Positions 29,440 through 45,439 of a stretch of 64,000 bases of DNA are shown here, in pieces; positions within the stretch are counted from its first letter, which is position 1; the number at the start of each line of letters is the position of its first letter. This DNA is from the human T2T-CHM13v2.0 reference genome, Homo sapiens, in assembly GCF_009914755.1 (NCBI RefSeq), contig NC_060927.1. One strand, 5' to 3'. The notes below the pieces were generated by a model. That model did no database searches, was not told where the DNA came from, and was given only the letters and a program-made list of their open reading frames with translations. The position numbers and the translations under genes are program-made.

Positions 29440-30090
29440 GCAAAAATCACTGGTCCCTTACAGCTTGTACTCTGGGAAATTGAAGAAAAGTAAAATATGT
29501 CAGATGGTGGTATGGAGCAAAGTAATGTGCAGGAAAGAGACAGGGAGTGCTGAATAGGATGAGGGGTCAAGGAAGGAGATATTTTTCAACAATCCTGAAG
29601 AAGGTGGGGAAGGAAGTGATGTGGATAGGAAGCGAAGTGATGTGATATGAGGGGAAGATCCTCATAGGAAGAAGAAATAAAATTACACGGTATACTCAAG
29701 AACAGCAAGGGGATTGGTGTGGCTGAAGCAGGATGAGTGAGAGGGAATGGGAGACAGGAGACCTGGGTGATGGAGAGGTCAAGTGGCTCAATGACGTGAT
29801 TCACTTACCTTTTTTGGATTGCTCTGACTGCTATGTTGAGAAACATCTCAAGGAGGCCATAGGAGGAAGAGGGGACAGGTAGGCCAGTACACTCATCAGG
29901 TGAGGGGTGATAGTGATAGCGAGTGCCATGGGTGATTGGAGTGGTCAGGTTCTGGTTATGTTTGATGGTAGAGCCAACAGGATTTACTGACAGGCAGAAT
30001 GTGGAAGGAGTCTGGGAAGATCCAGTAGCCTAAGCAACTGGAAGAAAAGGGGTCATTCACTGAGATGGGAAAGACTATAGGAGGAGCAGG
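29440..30090 (-). mobile_element. LINE-2 fragment
   Basis: Purine-rich antisense L2 motifs (gcctaagcaactggaaga...cattcactgagatgggaaagactataggaggagcagg). Confidence 0.7.
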
Positions 30091-30874
30091 ATTTTATGTG
30101 TTTTATCTATGTCCATGTTAATGACTCCTGGAAGCCAGGTCCACTTAAATCACTTAGTAGCAGCACGTATTTTATCTAGTTTTAGACATTTACCATAACT
30201 TCCTCACCAGATTGTAAATGACTCCAAGGATAGGGAAGGGCTTTTATTATACCCTACAACCCTTGCTCTTAGTTGCAAAAAGGCGCAATAAACATTCCAT
30301 GAAGGAATAACTTACTGTGGCTAATGATGGAACAGCAATGTCTTGGCTGACAGTGATGACTCAACTAGAAACTACATTTATGATCTTGGTTAAATAACCT
30401 CTTTGGGTTTGTGTGTCTTTACACATGTAAGATTTTAAAGATTATATTGTCTAGAAAAAGCATCGGGCCCCTGCTACGCACTACACACCCTGCTAAACCC
30501 AGGGGCCCTAAGATGCTGCCCTCAAGCTGCTCTGGGTCAAGCTAGGGACTGGACCAGAGGGACCTGAGGATTTTTCACAAGTTCAATGCCCAGACAACCC
30601 CTAGGGCCCCTCCCACCCCCCAATTATTTGTGTAGATCATTCAATAATTCCTCCAGTGGACTCTTCCTGAGAGGATCTTCCCAGCCTTCCCCAAAAACTC
30701 CATGACAATGGACCAATTTAGTAGCATCTTTGACCCTATAGAATGTATTGTCATGCTTCCCCCAGAAGAGTCCTGGTCATTCCTGAGATTTTTGGCTTAA
30801 CCGATGAAAGAGCCTGATGTGGGAAGTGAACCCAGCACCCATTCCGCCAACGTGTATGGACAAAAAGCAGCCTT

Positions 30875-31174
30875 GACCGGGTGCGGTGGCTCACGCCTGT
30901 AATCCCAGCGCTTTGGGAAGCTGAGGCAGGCGGATCACTTGAGGTCAGGAGTTCGAGACCAGCCTGGTCAACATGGTGAAACCCCATCTGTACCAAAAAG
31001 TACAAAAATTAGCTGGGCATGGTGGCGCACACCTGTAATCCCAGCTACTCCGTAGGCTGAGGTGGGAGGACTGCTTGAATCCAGGAGGCAGAGGCTACAG
31101 TGAGCCAAGATTTTACCCCTGCACTCTAGCCTGGGTTGGACAGAGTAAGACCTTGTCTCCAAAAAAAAAGAAAA
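30875..31174 (+). mobile_element. Alu
   Basis: TSD aaaaagcagcctt. Confidence 0.95.
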
Positions 31175-32425
31175 AAAAAGCAGCCTTATGACTCAAATAA
31201 GGAGTGGACTGACAGTTGCATTCTGTTGGCACAGAACACATCTTGGATGATAATGGCCCTTCCAGTGTGCGGCATAGATCCAGATATTCTCTCCTCTGGC
31301 TGGGCAGCCACTCGTCTACCCCTCCCACTGTTTACAGGGAACATGGAAAAAATTAAAACGTGTGGCCAGTAAGAGTGTAACCATCATTTGGAGACTCAAT
31401 TGGATTTTTCTGTGTGGTGGTTTGAAAGAAAACAAAACAAAAATGCTACATTTCAAAAACATTTGCAGCAAAAAATAAAGTAAATCATTATCTCAAGCTA
31501 ATTTTTATAAGTAAATGCTCTATTTACTTGTATCTTGGAAAGTTTCAAAACATTTTATTTTATTTAAATGCTTAAGGGAATGTAGAGATTTGCTCAGTTA
31601 TGAGATAGAAATGCTTAAATCTAATCACTCTATTTGAAACATTTTATCCACATATTGAGAAATATGTGAAAACTTTTACCAACAGACCACTAAAACATAG
31701 TAGGGAAGCAAATCATATCACCTGCGTACCCTAAATTCCTAAAGTCTATATAGCCGTCAGCGAAAGTGCCGACATTCAGTTAACCTTTGTTTTTCAGCCA
31801 CCCTAACAACAGCGAGGGGTGGCGGGGAGGGGGATGGAGTTCACGTTTCCAGTCATAGTTCAAGAGGTGTTTTCTCAAACCAGACCCAGGCTTCCTACAA
31901 TTTCCTGCAATTCCAATACAACCAGCCCCACAGGGCTGGGGGTGGGAGGAAGAGCTTGTCCTTTGGCCTCCTTTTCACTGGAACCCTTCACTTGTCATCT
32001 TAAGAAGACAAAATGGCCTGGAGGTGGGGGCTGTGGGGGCTCCTCAGGCACCAACAGCCATTTACAGAGCCTGGGAAGGCCCGGCCTGCACCAGCCTCAG
32101 ACCCCACAACCCTCCTCAGGGCTTCCAGGGCCACCCTTAGGGCCACATAGGTGGGCTTAGAGGATCAGTGCTATCGTGCCCTCTGCTGAACTAGTGCACA
32201 TAATAAATTCTAAATAAATGTTATTATTACTACGAGGCCTGAGACAGACACCCAATCTCATAAGAGGTGCCCAAAACATTTAGGTAGCCCTCCTTCAAAC
32301 CCTTGATGCTCACTCAACCTGTGGGGGTTTTGACTGGGGGTCACACTTTGAGAGCCATTGGCTGCTCCATCTCTTCATGAGACTGGCTCTGCCTGTGACA
32401 AAGCAACACCTGGACCACCTTAGAA

Positions 32426-32937
<512 letters not shown>

Positions 32938-33759
32938 AGTGTATCCAACAGTTAAGAGCACACAGGCCTAAGGGACAGACCTGGTGCCACTGGCCAACTA
33001 AGCAGCCTTGGCCTTGTTCCCTAAGCTCTGCAAACCCCAGTCTCCAAGCATCAAATGGGAATGATAATGATATCTGACCTCAGAGTTGGTGTGTGGAACA
33101 TAAACAGAGTCACACAGCTCAGGTCCTTGAGCACACAAGCAGGTGCTCAGTGAGTGTCAGGCTTTATTTTTGGGTAATCCAAAGCTGTCTGCAAGGGGAA
33201 CTCCACTTTGCTCTGTCTGAGCTACAGAGACCTTGTTTTCACAGATCAGGGCATCATGACCCCAGGTTCTCCATTTGGCTGTGCCCCTGACTTCTCCTCT
33301 CTATTACCTTTGCTCAGTGCTAGGGATACTCATGCAAGCGTGCAGGTGGAAGCCTACCAGGGGCGAGAAGTACACAGAGAAATCTCCACCCTGCTGAAGA
33401 AAGCAGCAGCATTACCACGCAAGAGCTCCAGAGAAACCTCTTTTCTCAGAACTGCTGGCTCAGCGGAGCAAAGGTGACTTTGTGGGACTCTGTGTGGGTT
33501 GAACCAACCCTAACTAGGATATTAGGAGCCATGCTGGTCCCCTAGTAGGAGGCTCCAGGCCTAACAGTGGGGCCTCAGGAGGAGTGGCCTCCACACCACA
33601 CCTGAGAGGAGGGAGGTGGGGAAGCTGCTGGGCCTAGGGGATGGACAGCTAAAGGGCTCCCTGAAGAGGAGAGATCAGAGCCCCGCCCGAGGCCCTGGTG
33701 GCCAGAAGGGCACAGAATGGGAGGCACGCCGTGATGATGACCCCAGGCCAGAAGGAAAT

Positions 33760-34843
33760 TTCTTTTCTTTCTTTATTTTTATTTTTATTTTTATTTTTTG
33801 AGATGGAGCTTTGCTCTGTCACCCAGGCTGGAGTGCAGTGGCACCATCTCAGCTCACTGCAAACTTCTACCTCCCAGGTTCAAGCGATTCTCCTGCCTCA
33901 GCCTCCTGAGTAGCTGGGACTACAGGCATGCACCACAATGCCAGGCTAATTTTTGTATTTTTAATAGAGACAGGGTGTCACTGATACACACAGGAGACAG
34001 GGAAATACTGGATAGAAGAGGGCAGTTCCCTGGCAAAGGCCCACCCTCAAGCCTGGAAACCTGCGGCCCTAAATGAGGACAGGCATTCCTGTTTTCGCCC
34101 CCAAAAGTTGCCTTTTGACCTGCCATGCTCCCCTATCCTGTACCCGTATAAACCCCAAACCCCAGGCTCCACAAGCAGATGAGATGAACAGAAGAGCAGA
34201 ATGGCAGAATGGCCTGGCGGAGAGAAGAGGAGTGTGTGAACACGGAGAAGAGTTCGGCTGGGGACAGTTGGAGAGGAGATTGGCCACTGAATGGCCAAAC
34301 TCGAGGGGAAGATCATCTTCCCACTCCATCCCCCTTTCAGCTCCCCATCCATGCCACTGAAAGCCACCTCCACCACTCAACAAAACCCCTGCATTCACCA
34401 TCCTTCAAGTCCACATGCAACCTGATGCTTCCTGGATGCTGGACAAGGACCTGGGTACCAAGAGGGCACTGAAGTTGGTTAAAACTTGAGCCGTCCATGG
34501 ACGGCAAGGCTAAAAGAGGGCACTGTAACATGCACCCACTTGGGCTTTGGGGGTCGCAGACACCCACCCCTGGGCGCTGCCCTGGGGCTGGAGCCCAGGG
34601 GTATTCGCCCCAGCTCCTGCACCTGCCCATCTGCTCCCCCTCCCATAAGGGGTTTGAATGCATATGGCAGCCAAACAGACGAGCCACACTCCTGTTGCAC
34701 GTCCTGCGTGGAGGGGTCAGGGGACTCTCCCGTTTTCATCACCATGTTGCCCAGGCTGGTGTCAAACTACTGAACTCAAGCAATCCACCCACCTCAGCCT
34801 CCCAAAGCGCTGGGATTACAGGCGTGAGCCACCACCCTTGGCC
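33760..34843 (-). mobile_element. Alu (old, J/S-like) split in two by a MER50 LTR
   Basis: The right arm at 33760-33981 and the left arm at 34739-34843 join seamlessly (gagacagggtgtcac|catgttgcccagg). TSD ag(a/g)aggaaattt. Confidence 0.92.
33982..34738 (+). mobile_element. MER50 solo LTR (ERV1), 757 bp
   Basis: TG...CA termini (tgatacacacaggagacagggaaatactgg ... ctctcccgttttca); perfect 4-bp TSD tcac at 33978-33981 and 34739-34742; TATAAA near 34147. Confidence 0.88.
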
Positions 34844-35026
34844 TCCAGGAGGAAATTTTTACTGTGTCGAACCAAAAACTGCCTCCTGCAGGCCCTGTCC
34901 ATCCCCCAGCCCTCTGTCCCTCCACCCTGCCTCTTGAAGGCAGCCCCACCCAGTTCTGGAACCGTCCTGGGGGCAGAAAGGACTTCAGAAGCTCCCACCG
35001 CAGCAGCATGTGGGTTCCGCCTGGGC

Positions 35027-35152
35027 TAGGGTTAACAGATTTAGGAAATAAAACATAGGACACCCAGTTAAGTTTGAATTTCAGAGAAACAACAAATAAT
35101 TTATTAGTCTAAGTATGTTCCATGCAGTACTTATGTATTGTATCTGGCAGCT
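35027..35152. mobile_element. MER53-like hAT element, internally deleted
   Basis: tagggttaacagatttaggaaataaaacataggacacccagttaagtttgaatttcaga ... atctggcagct. Confidence 0.75.
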
Positions 35153-35567
35153 GTCCTCTCTCCACACACACAGGACACAGTCCCTCGGGAAAAGGAGCCC
35201 CTGGGGAGAGGCACTCTGCCCTTGGCCCGCCTGTGGCTGCTGGTTCTGAGGGGTGGAAGGTGCCTGTTGGGGGTGCGCCCCTGAGCTCTAAGCAGGATGC
35301 AGTCAGCTTATGAGGGACCATCTTCAAGTCTCCAGAAAGTCCTAAGTTCAAGGAAAGGATAAAACTCCAAGCAGGCCCAGGGTAGCCCCAACCTCCCTGT
35401 CCCATGGACCCCTCCTTCCTCCCTCCAGCAGGGCCTCCCCGCCCAGCCTCAGTAAGGACTTGGCCCCAAGAGGCCTCTCTCAGGTGACTCACTGGGCACC
35501 CAGCCTTTGCTCCATCGGTGGAATCGCACTGGTGCGGATGTGTCTCAGAGCCTGGAAGCTGGAGTCA

Positions 35568-36230
<663 letters not shown>

Positions 36231-37852
36231 GCTCTACCCTGTATAGAAGGATTAGTCACACCTCATAGTAGAAAGGCCCCCTCCATTCCTTGCAGTTCAA
36301 AAACCCTCATTTTGAATCTTTTCACATTCCAATAATCATATTTGCAGAGCATCTTTGACTCTTTTTCAAATTCCCACATCTTCTAAACTTTCATGGCCTT
36401 GGGGAGAGAGCCTAGTCCACCCTTCTAGCCCCACCCGGCTCTGCCTCAGTGCACAATTCTGCCAGTATACAGCCCACCCACAGTCCAGATCACCAGGTGC
36501 AGGCAAGGTTCAGGTGCCAGACACTGGGGTCAAAGTGGACCAGAGTTCTAGAAGCAGGGATGCGAGCTAACGCAGAGGGCATTCATATGCATTTCATGAG
36601 CACTCTCTTACATAATCCTCACAACGGTCCTGACACCGAGGGAGATTCTGCTGCCCAGAGAGGGTAAGTGGCCATCCCAACAAGGAAGGTATGGCCCAGA
36701 GCAGTCCAACTCATCAGGCCAACGGGTGGAAGCCTGAGTGCAAGGCTTAGAAAACTTGAAGGCAGGCTAGCACATGCTCAGTGCCTCTGTGGGAGGCTCA
36801 GCTACCACTGAGGAGCAAGGGCAGAGGCACAGGATGCAATGGGGCCGCTGACCAGCCTCCGAATGCAGGGGCCCAGAAGGGAACCTGGAGGACCAGGAAT
36901 GGGGGAAGCTGGATGAGGAAACAGGAAGCATCATGGCAGGCACCTGTGATGTCTAACCTGCAGCCCACCTCAAAGATGCCACATCTGACGCCAGACAGCC
37001 CAGGAGTGCGCCCCTCTCGGGTCTGAATGGGCCCAGCAGGAGGTGTGGAGGACAGCCACGTGAGACAGCAGGGGCCCAGCCAGAGCCCAGGGGGACAGGT
37101 GTATCACTGGCCCTGGAGCCCTGAAGTTCATCCCTCACATGCCCTGGTGAAATGCTTCCCAGCACCAGACCTAAGCTGGGCCCAGACACAGGGCACTGTG
37201 CCAGGATGGGCCCTGAGTCACCCCTGCCCTCCCAAGCTCAGAAGCCACCTCCACCCTCATTTCCCCACACTCTGCTCTGCTCCTTCCTCAGTGTAGACTC
37301 CTGACGAGCCCACTGTCCCTGCACCTCCAGGCCCAGGCCTCAGGCTTACTGGACACTTGTTTCTAACTCTCGTTCACTGACAGAGTTTTCTGCCCAGTCC
37401 TGCGGATCTGCCCACCCCGGACAGGCAAGGGGCCAAGGTCAGGCCTCAGACTCCCTCCTCTCTGTGGCTCAGTCCCAAAAACTGACTGGGCTCAGATACT
37501 TAAAACTTTAAGGACTTTCTCCCAATATTGTGGATGCTCTGTCCCAAGTTCAGACAGCCACAGAGAATCCAGGATAATCCTCTCCCAGCACAGTCATCCC
37601 AGGGAGTGACCACATCTGAGTACCTTCCAGGAAATTGTCAGGTACCAGGCAGATTCTTGACCCTTGAAACAACCCCTTCACCCAGAGCCTGGGAATCAGC
37701 CAGAGGGTCCTTTCTCACTCGCCCTCCTTAAACCCCCTATTGCAGTTCAATCCCTGGGAGATGGAGTGTTTCTTCTCAGGCTTCTGCAAATCGGTTTCCC
37801 ATCTGAGAGTTAACATTTTAGGGAGCTTTGGAAAGAAAGAGAAACATTAGAC

Positions 37853-38349
<497 letters not shown>

Positions 38350-39330
38350 CTTTTAGCACCCTCCAAGCTGATCTGGAAAGGTGATCAGGTGCTGTAGACC
38401 TCCCTGACACCTGCTGCCAAAGGGAAATCGGCCGCCTGCCTCTGGAGGGCACAGGCAATTCCTGGAAGCACCGGGTCATCCTGCAAGCCTCCTCTGACTT
38501 ACTGTAGGTGTTAACACTGAGGGGGAGCCCCGAGCTGAATCCAAGTGGCATGGAGCCACCCAAGATAAAAAATTAAAGTTCTCAAAATATTATTGTTGGG
38601 AGTACTTGGGAAGGCTCTAGTGTGGTGCCTTTTACACAAATATTGTGAATCACAATAACTGTGTTTATCTTCTTTTTCCTTCAGCAAATAAGGAAACATC
38701 TGTGGGGGTGCTGATATTTATTTATTTTTGAATGAGCCTCATAATAGTGGAAATATTTTGTATGTGATTATAGAACCCTGGGGCTAAAGCACTGCCCCTG
38801 AGGAGGAGCGACGAGTTAATTGGTAAATAATGTAGACATTCTCTTCTAATTAAGAAGACTTAAACGATAAATCCTTGTTTTTTAGGTGACATCGCTTGGG
38901 GCATCTCTATAAAATGCAAGGTCAGCCCAGTGGGGAACGAAGGCAGTCCTAGCAGAGTGTGCCTGGCCCAACAATCTCAAATTATACTGCCTTTTCTGGA
39001 CCTCAGTTTTCCCTTGTTTCTCTGCCTCCTGGAGGAGCTGAGAAACCAGGTGTAGCTCTCTGAACTCAAGCCTCTGATCTTGTCTGGAGCCAGCTCCTTA
39101 GGAAGAATCCATCAGTGCAGATCCCCACTGTGGCCGCCATAAACCTCCTGCCTAAGAATCACATTGACCTACATGATTCATGCACTCAGTGCAAGCGAAA
39201 AGAAGGTGCTCTGTGTCCTGGGGTGACAGGGCAGAAAAGAAGGACAGCCTCTTAAACACCCACTTAAAGAGAGCTTGATCCTGAGGCTGGATGTGTGCTC
39301 CGACTCTGCAACATAAAGAAATGCATAACA

Positions 39331-39690
<360 letters not shown>

Positions 39691-39923
39691 TCAGAGTAAA
39701 ATAATTAATAATTGCTGGACAAGAAAGAGTACTTGCTGTGTGACTTATTTATATAAAATTCTAGAAAGTGAAGACTAATCTATAGTGACCAATAGCAGTG
39801 ATTGTCTTGGGGGAGGGATTACAAGGGGTCCAAGAAATCTGGGAAGTGAAGGAGATGCTCACTGTCTTAATTGTGATGATGGTTTTGATGGGATTCAGGA
39901 CTACCAAAATATGGCACTGTAAC

Positions 39924-40576
39924 TGAGGGGTGAAGCCAGCTGGACTTCCTGGGTCGAGTGGGGACTTGGAGAACTTTTCTGTCTAGCTAAAGGATTGTAA
40001 ACACAGCAATCAGCGCTCTGGGTCTAGCTAAAGATTTGCAAATGCACCAATCAGCACTCTATAAAAACACACCAATCAGCACTCTGTGTCTAGCTAACAG
40101 CTTGTAAACGCACCAATCAGCACTCTGTAAAAACGGGCCAATCAACACTCTGCCAAATAGACCGATCAGCACTCTGTAAAATGGACCAATCAGCAGGATG
40201 TGGGCGGGGCCAAATAAGGGACTAAAAGCTGGCCACCCAACTCAGCAGCAGCAGCTAGTTGGGGTTCACTTCCATGCTGTGCAAGCTTTGTTCTTTTGCT
40301 CTTCACAGAAAATCTTGCTGCTGCTCACTCTTTGGGTCCGTACTACCTTTATGAGCTATTAACACTCACTGCGAAGGTCTGCAGCTTCACTCCTGAAGTC
40401 AGCAAGATCACAAACCCACTGGGAGGAAGAAACTCCGGACACATCTGAACATCTGAAGGAACAAACTCTGGACACACCATCTTTAAGAACTGTAACACTC
40501 ACCGCGAGGGTCTGTGGCTTCATTCTTGAAGTCAGTGAGACCAAGAACCCACCAGAAGGAATAAATTCCAGACACA
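39924..40576 (+). mobile_element. LTR12 (LTR12F-like, ERV9) solo LTR, 653 bp
   Basis: tgaggggtgaagccagctggacttcctgggtcgagtggggacttggagaac ... ttccagacaca; tandem ccaatcagcactct units; perfect TSD taac at 39920-39923 and 40577-40580. Confidence 0.92.
40047..40228 (+). promoter_or_regulatory. LTR12 promoter module: five CCAAT boxes, a GC box and a TATA-like element
   Basis: CCAAT at 40047, 40072, 40113, 40138 and 40186; GGGCGGGG at 40202-40209; ataagggactaaaag follows. Activity is not shown. Confidence 0.6.
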
Positions 40577-41385
40577 TAACCACCCAACAGGTTCCCCCTG
40601 CCCATTGCCTAGACAGTGCCAATTTATCAAGACAGAGGAATTGCAATAGAGAAAGAGTAATTCACGCAGAGCCAGCTGTGCAGGAGACCAGAGTTTTATT
40701 ATTACTGAAATCAGTCTCCCCAAGCATTTGGGGATAGGAGTTTTAAGGATAAGTTGGTGGGCTGTGGGCAGCCAGTGACTCAGGAGTGCTGATTGGTTGG
40801 ATGCGAGAGGAAGTCATAGGGAGTCTAAGCTGTCTTCTTGTGCTGAGTCAGTTCCTGGGTGGGGGCCAAGAGATTGGATGAGCCAGTTTATCGATCTGGA
40901 TGGCACCAGCTGATCCATCAAGTGCAGAGACTGCAAAATATTTTAAACAGTGATCTTAGGTTTTACAATAGCGATGTTATCTCCAGGTGCAATTTGGGAA
41001 GGGTCAAAATCTTGTAGCCTCCAGCTACATGACTCCTAAACCATAATTTCTAATCTTTGGGCTAGTTCGTTAGTCCTACAAAAGCAGTCTAGTCCCCAGA
41101 CAAGAAGGGGGTTTGCCTTGGGAAAGGCCTGTTACCATCTTTGTTTTAAACTATAAACTAAGTTCCTCTCGAAGTTAGTTCAGCCTACACCCAGGAATGA
41201 ACAAGGACAGGTTGAAGGTTAGAAGCAAGTTGGAGTTGGTTAGGTCAGGTCTCTTTCACTGTCTCAGTTACAATTTTGCAATGGCGGTTTCAGTACATTG
41301 GCATATTGAATTATGTTAAGCTGAAAGAATTTCAGAAAATAGTCCCATTTCCTTTTCTCCACCCGTCTCTCCTGAAGCAAGTCAT

Positions 41386-41924
41386 TGTAAGGTCAGCTGA
41401 GAGAAAGGAAGAATAGACCCAAAGTCAGGCGAGTAAGTTTATTGAACCTGCCGGCTGCTCCATCACACTCAGAGGAAGCAGCCCTGAGCTTACAAAGTGA
41501 GGAGTTTATATTGAGGAGGGGTGTTTGAAGGAGTTCTTTGGTATGGCCACATTCCGGGGTTGTTTGCTGTTTAATTTTGTCACATATCACTTTGTGACGT
41601 TTATGGTAGCAACTAGATGAACAGCAGGAATTTACAGGTGTAGGTAAAGTTTGTTTATGCTTCCCATGACCTCCCCCGTGCGGTCCGGGTGGTTTGTAAT
41701 TGGGGTTTGCTTATCGCAGCAAGCCCTGATAGGTGAAGTCTGCTGGCTTCACCCTGGCGCCTGGTGCCTAGATAAGGGCTTAGAAATGTAAAGGGGCTCA
41801 GGGGGAAGGGTGGACGGCACAGACAAGAGTTGCAGAGCATTAGGTGGAGGGGTGGGCAGCATGGAGAGGTTTGGGGGAAGTGTCAGCAGTACCAAGAAGC
41901 TGTTGGGGAAGTTTGTCCTTAACA
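41386..41924 (-). mobile_element. LTR18-like (ERVL) solo LTR, 539 bp
   Basis: tgtaaggtcagctgagag ... gtttgtccttaaca. Perfect 5-bp TSD gtcat at 41381-41385 and 41925-41929, the length expected for ERVL. AATAAA on the minus strand (tttatt ~41438). Confidence 0.78.
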
Positions 41925-42236
41925 GTCATAAAACCTAGGAGGGATTTTCTGACCTTCCACCAAAGCCGGTCACAAGACACTCACTTGAGAGGTGCCCTTC
42001 CTATACTTGGAGGAAAGGAACATCCTTATCTCTGAAATCATGGGGTCACAGAGAAGAATCTGAGCAAACAGGCCTTGCTAAATCCCTCCCAGTTCATCAC
42101 CAGTAGATCACACCTTTGTTCAATTATATTCCTCTATGACTGTTCACTCTTCATCAAAGTTAGCGTAAAAATATGCAAGTTTAACTGTTTCTTCTGGTCA
42201 TTTCCTTATGAAGACTCTTGTGTCATGTAAAACTTA

Positions 42237-42613
<377 letters not shown>

Positions 42614-42949
42614 CTAAAATGGGTAAACAAAAAATACTTTTCCTCCCCTACATTTCTATGAGTGGTCTATATGTCAAAACTTATCCAATTGTACACTTAA
42701 ATATGAACAGTCTATTATATGTCAACAGTGCCATAAAGCTTAAAAAATAAACAATTCTGTTTATTTGAGAAACTGTTCACATATGTGCTAGAGTTCCTCT
42801 TCTTCCTGACTGAGTTTGAATCATACAGATTTTTGTGGTGAGCTGTTATCATCAAAAGAGACATAAAAGATATTCCGGGGTGAATGGTGCAGGTGTTTGT
42901 ATAAGAGGTAGGGAATGAATGTATCTTCTCTGTATCAACGTTAATATTG

Positions 42950-43165
42950 GTAATCAACAATTTGAGCATTTGTTATCTGCCAGGCTGAGCATTTTACAAA
43001 CATCATATTATTTAACGCTCACACAACCTTTTGAGTAGATATTATTGGATCCATTTCCCAGAGGAGGAACCTTAGTCTCAGGGACGCTAAGTAATTTCCT
43101 AAGGGGCAGCAGGCAGACCCAGGACTTGAACCAGGTTCACAGATCTGCATTCTAAGATGTTAAAC
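42950..43165 (-). mobile_element. MIR
   Basis: atttgagcatttgttatctgccaggc...ccatttcccagaggaggaac...aagtaatttcctaagg. Confidence 0.7.
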
Positions 43166-43208
43166 TGTGGCCATTTCTGGATGGCATGATTACAAGTGAA
43201 ATTTTTAA

Positions 43209-43558
<350 letters not shown>

Positions 43559-45439
43559 TAACATGTACTATTATTAACCGAAGTGTTTTTAAGCCTTTAA
43601 GTTATTATAACTACTTTGTAACATACTTTAAAAATTCTTCTCCAGTAAAGATAATCCATACTGCTTACTGAGCCTAGTAAATGCCACAAGCTTAGTTTGT
43701 CATTTTAATCTACAAAGTAAAAAATGGGAAGCTGAGGCTCTGAGTAGGTGAGTTGTATTCCCAAAATGACAAGTGTGGGAGGCAGGATTTCAACTCAGAG
43801 CACTCTGGCCCTGGAATTACTTATTCTTAGCATGACACCAGATACCACCACATCTGACCAAACGCTCTACAGCCATTTTAACGTCTCTGAAGTCCCTGTC
43901 CAATGTTGGTCAGGTGTGCACACGTTTAGCATAGCTGAAGTCACTGCGTCTATCTGTCATGGTTCTATTTTTCCCCACTTCAGATGGTTTGAGAAATATT
44001 TTCCACACTACTTTTGAACTTTTTCCACTTCTCATTGGTTCTTTAGAGGACCATGCAATACTTCATGCTGTTGATGTACTATAATCACTGCTTGGCCGTT
44101 CTTAAAGAGTGGTTTGCAATGAGCTTTTCAAGGAGCCAAAAAACTACCTAGTAACTTACATTCCTCTTCAAAAGGAACGGAGAGAGAAGGGGCAAAATAT
44201 ACCTTTATGATTAGAAGCAGGTCAGTCACATTCCAAAACATGACAGGGAAAGGCTCAGAGAAATTAACTTTTTCATCCTCAAGAAGGAAGATTTAGGGAA
44301 AAGCTCAAAATATTTCTCCATATTGATGCTTGCGGACCATCAGTCCAAGTATTTCTACTCTTCCATAAAATAGCACATTTTCTTTCACTCACTATGAAAC
44401 AGATTATCCACCCAACCTCTTCCTTGAGGACTACATGGATTCATTATCTCACCACATGCCAACCCTGGAGCTTCCTCTGACAGTGGGTCAACTTGGACTG
44501 ACACTTGGAAGCCACAAACTAACACACCAGTGGCCACACAGCTATGAAATCCAGCTAATCTATCTGCCTCCTGCCTGCCTTCTGGGCTGTCAGCTGCTTA
44601 CTCAATGAAGACACCTGTCACCCACCTCATCTTAGCCATGCCCGTCACTTCATTTGGCCTCCCTGGCATGCAGGCAGTGCTCCAGCATGGCCTTATTCCT
44701 TCCATGATGTCTGCGTCTCCATCACCTCCAGACTCGGCTGAAGCACTTGCCTCAGAAACTAAGATCTGCTTCCGCAGTGGCTGCGCTGAGAGCCAGGTGG
44801 CACAATCTAGAAGTGCAGGTGCAAGGGGCTTGAAATTGACCAATAAGAGATAGGAGGCAGGAGGGAGCTGGCAGATAAATTCTTTTCTCTTCCTCTTGAC
44901 TCTGCTGAGGTACAGTGGTTGCATTTAGCTTGGCCATAAACACAGCTCTGACTGTGATCAGCCCAGGAATGCACCACTTTGCATTTGCTTTTTCTCTTTC
45001 TGAGCCTTTTCCCTCACATTGGTTGCCCTGGGCTTGTAGTTCCAACTTGTTTTTAGGGAATACAAGGTATGACACCCATCAGGTCCATTGTTTGATATAG
45101 TAATTTCCCCAGTGATTCACAAACTTTTACACAGCCTCAAAAGCATGACTCTATGCATAAGAAACAAGTATTTTATGAAATACCCAGGAATGGTGGATCT
45201 ATCTATTGCTTTTTTTTAGTTTTCCTAAAAGGTATCATATCATTCACTTCATAGGAAAAAACAACAACAAACATATGGCAAATGTTAATATTCGATGACA
45301 ACCACTACAGCAAAAATTACTTTTTAATATTAATTTAGTGCATTCATTACAGTGTCTAAAAAATTTAAATTGATTTAGGACACATTTTGGGAGTAGCTGG
45401 TGTATGTCAAGGCTTTTTACCAATTACTCATAGTATAAA

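Larger units (their letters stand above)
39918..41292 (-). mobile_element. LTR8 solo LTR (ERV1), split by LTR12
   Basis: tgtaac|cacccaacaggttcc ... tttgcaatggcggtttca. TSD gcac/gtac (one mismatch). Confidence 0.85.

Noticed and set aside
33920-35063. Dense overlapping ORFs on both strands (up to 146 aa)
   Set aside because: They fall in the GC-rich MER50 LTR and the split Alu. Stop-poor composition explains them, and no gag/pol/env or other domain is recognisable.
39980-40200. Repeated ccaatcagcactctg units with variable spacers, superficially CRISPR-like
   Set aside because: This is the normal tandem NF-Y repeat region of LTR12/ERV9 in a primate genome. There are no cas genes, and the spacers are related to each other.
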